Shown here one piece after another: positions 4,385-4,837 of a DNA stretch of 4,837 nucleotides (position 1 is the first letter of the stretch; the number at the start of each line of letters is the position of its first letter). A program made the position numbers and the translations under genes. The notes under the pieces were generated by a model. The model was not told the DNA's origin, did not search any database, and saw only the letters and a list, made by a program, of their open reading frames with translations. This DNA comes from a virus (taxonomy: Duplodnaviria > Heunggongvirae > Uroviricota > Caudoviricetes). Where the stretch lies: IMG/VR virus record IMGVR_UViG_2663762648_000008; one strand, 5' to 3'.

Positions 4385-4837
4385 AACTGGAAGATTTACC
4401 GAAATACTACTCCCCAAAATCCCCCGGCCTGACTGATGCATCGGCCTCAACGTCGAAAGATGCGCTGAGTATCACTGATGTGATGGCCGCGCAGGGCATG
4501 ACACAGAATCGGGCTGAGATGGGGGTTTCTGCGTTCCTTGGGAAAATGGGCATTAGTATGAATGACAGAGAGCGGGCAACAGAATTGCTGACAGAATATG
4601 CACTCAGTCGGTGTGATCGCGTGGCGGCGTTAAGAAAACTCCCGGCAGAAATAAAACCGGCAGTGATGCGTATTATGGCTTCGTATGCGTTTGAAGATTA
4701 TGCCCGTAGCGCGGCGAGCAAAAAACAGTGCCCCTGCTGTCACGGAAAAAAATTTATTGAAAGCGAGGTTTTTACAAACAAGATCCAGTATCCGGATGGT
4801 AAGCCGCCGGTATGGGCAAAGTGTACGAAAGGTGTGT
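4381..4837 (+). CDS. Antitermination protein Q family (lambdoid late-gene regulator), N-terminal 152 codons; 3' end outside the window
   Basis: ATG 4381 overlaps the rusA stop (ATGA). The frame is open to the window end and contains a C-x-CC-H-G-K zinc-finger-like cluster (KKQCPCCHGKKF...C) typical of Q-type antiterminators. Gene order DUF968 - rusA - Q is the canonical lambdoid nin-to-Q layout. Confidence 0.8.
   Translation, partial: MKLEDLPKYYSPKSPGLTDASASTSKDALSITDVMAAQGMTQNRAEMGVSAFLGKMGISMNDRERATELLTEYALSRCDRVAALRKLPAEIKPAVMRIMASYAFEDYARSAASKKQCPCCHGKKFIESEVFTNKIQYPDGKPPVWAKCTKGV

Noticed and set aside
3020-4450. Minus-strand ORFs (3020..3304, 3861..4091, 4105..4299, 4268..4450) and + ORF 3991..4203
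   Set aside because: All overlap the strongly supported DUF968, rusA and Q genes and have no independent support.
1-4837. CRISPR arrays, rRNA or integrase attachment sites
   Set aside because: No short regularly spaced direct repeats, no rRNA-like segments, and no recognisable att core. The only repeats are the two module copies described above.

Overview
This window reads as the late-regulatory (nin/Q-proximal) part of a lambdoid prophage of an Escherichia-like enterobacterium, with all convincing genes on the + strand. In order: the 3' end of an IS3-family insertion sequence (1-~279); a run of three small overlapping ORFs (494-1082); an intact hok-family type I toxin gene (1294-1449); a rem-position hypothetical gene (1699-1986); a second, diverged copy of the module 'hok 3' end - hairpin - terminator - promoter - upstream ORF - first 29 codons of the downstream gene' (2248-2675) whose hok is reduced to a start-less remnant; a DUF968/YdfU-like protein with an HNH-like Cys/His motif (2945-4003); a RusA Holliday-junction resolvase (4004-4384); and the 5' part of a Q-type antiterminator (4381->4837). 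The most interesting signals are the intact hok toxin with no evident relBE context, the mosaic duplicated module with a conserved 14-15 codon upstream ORF and covarying RNA hairpins, an apparent recombination junction at ~2248, and a start-less protein-like reading frame at 2650-2943. Names are from recognition of protein motifs by eye; no database search was run.
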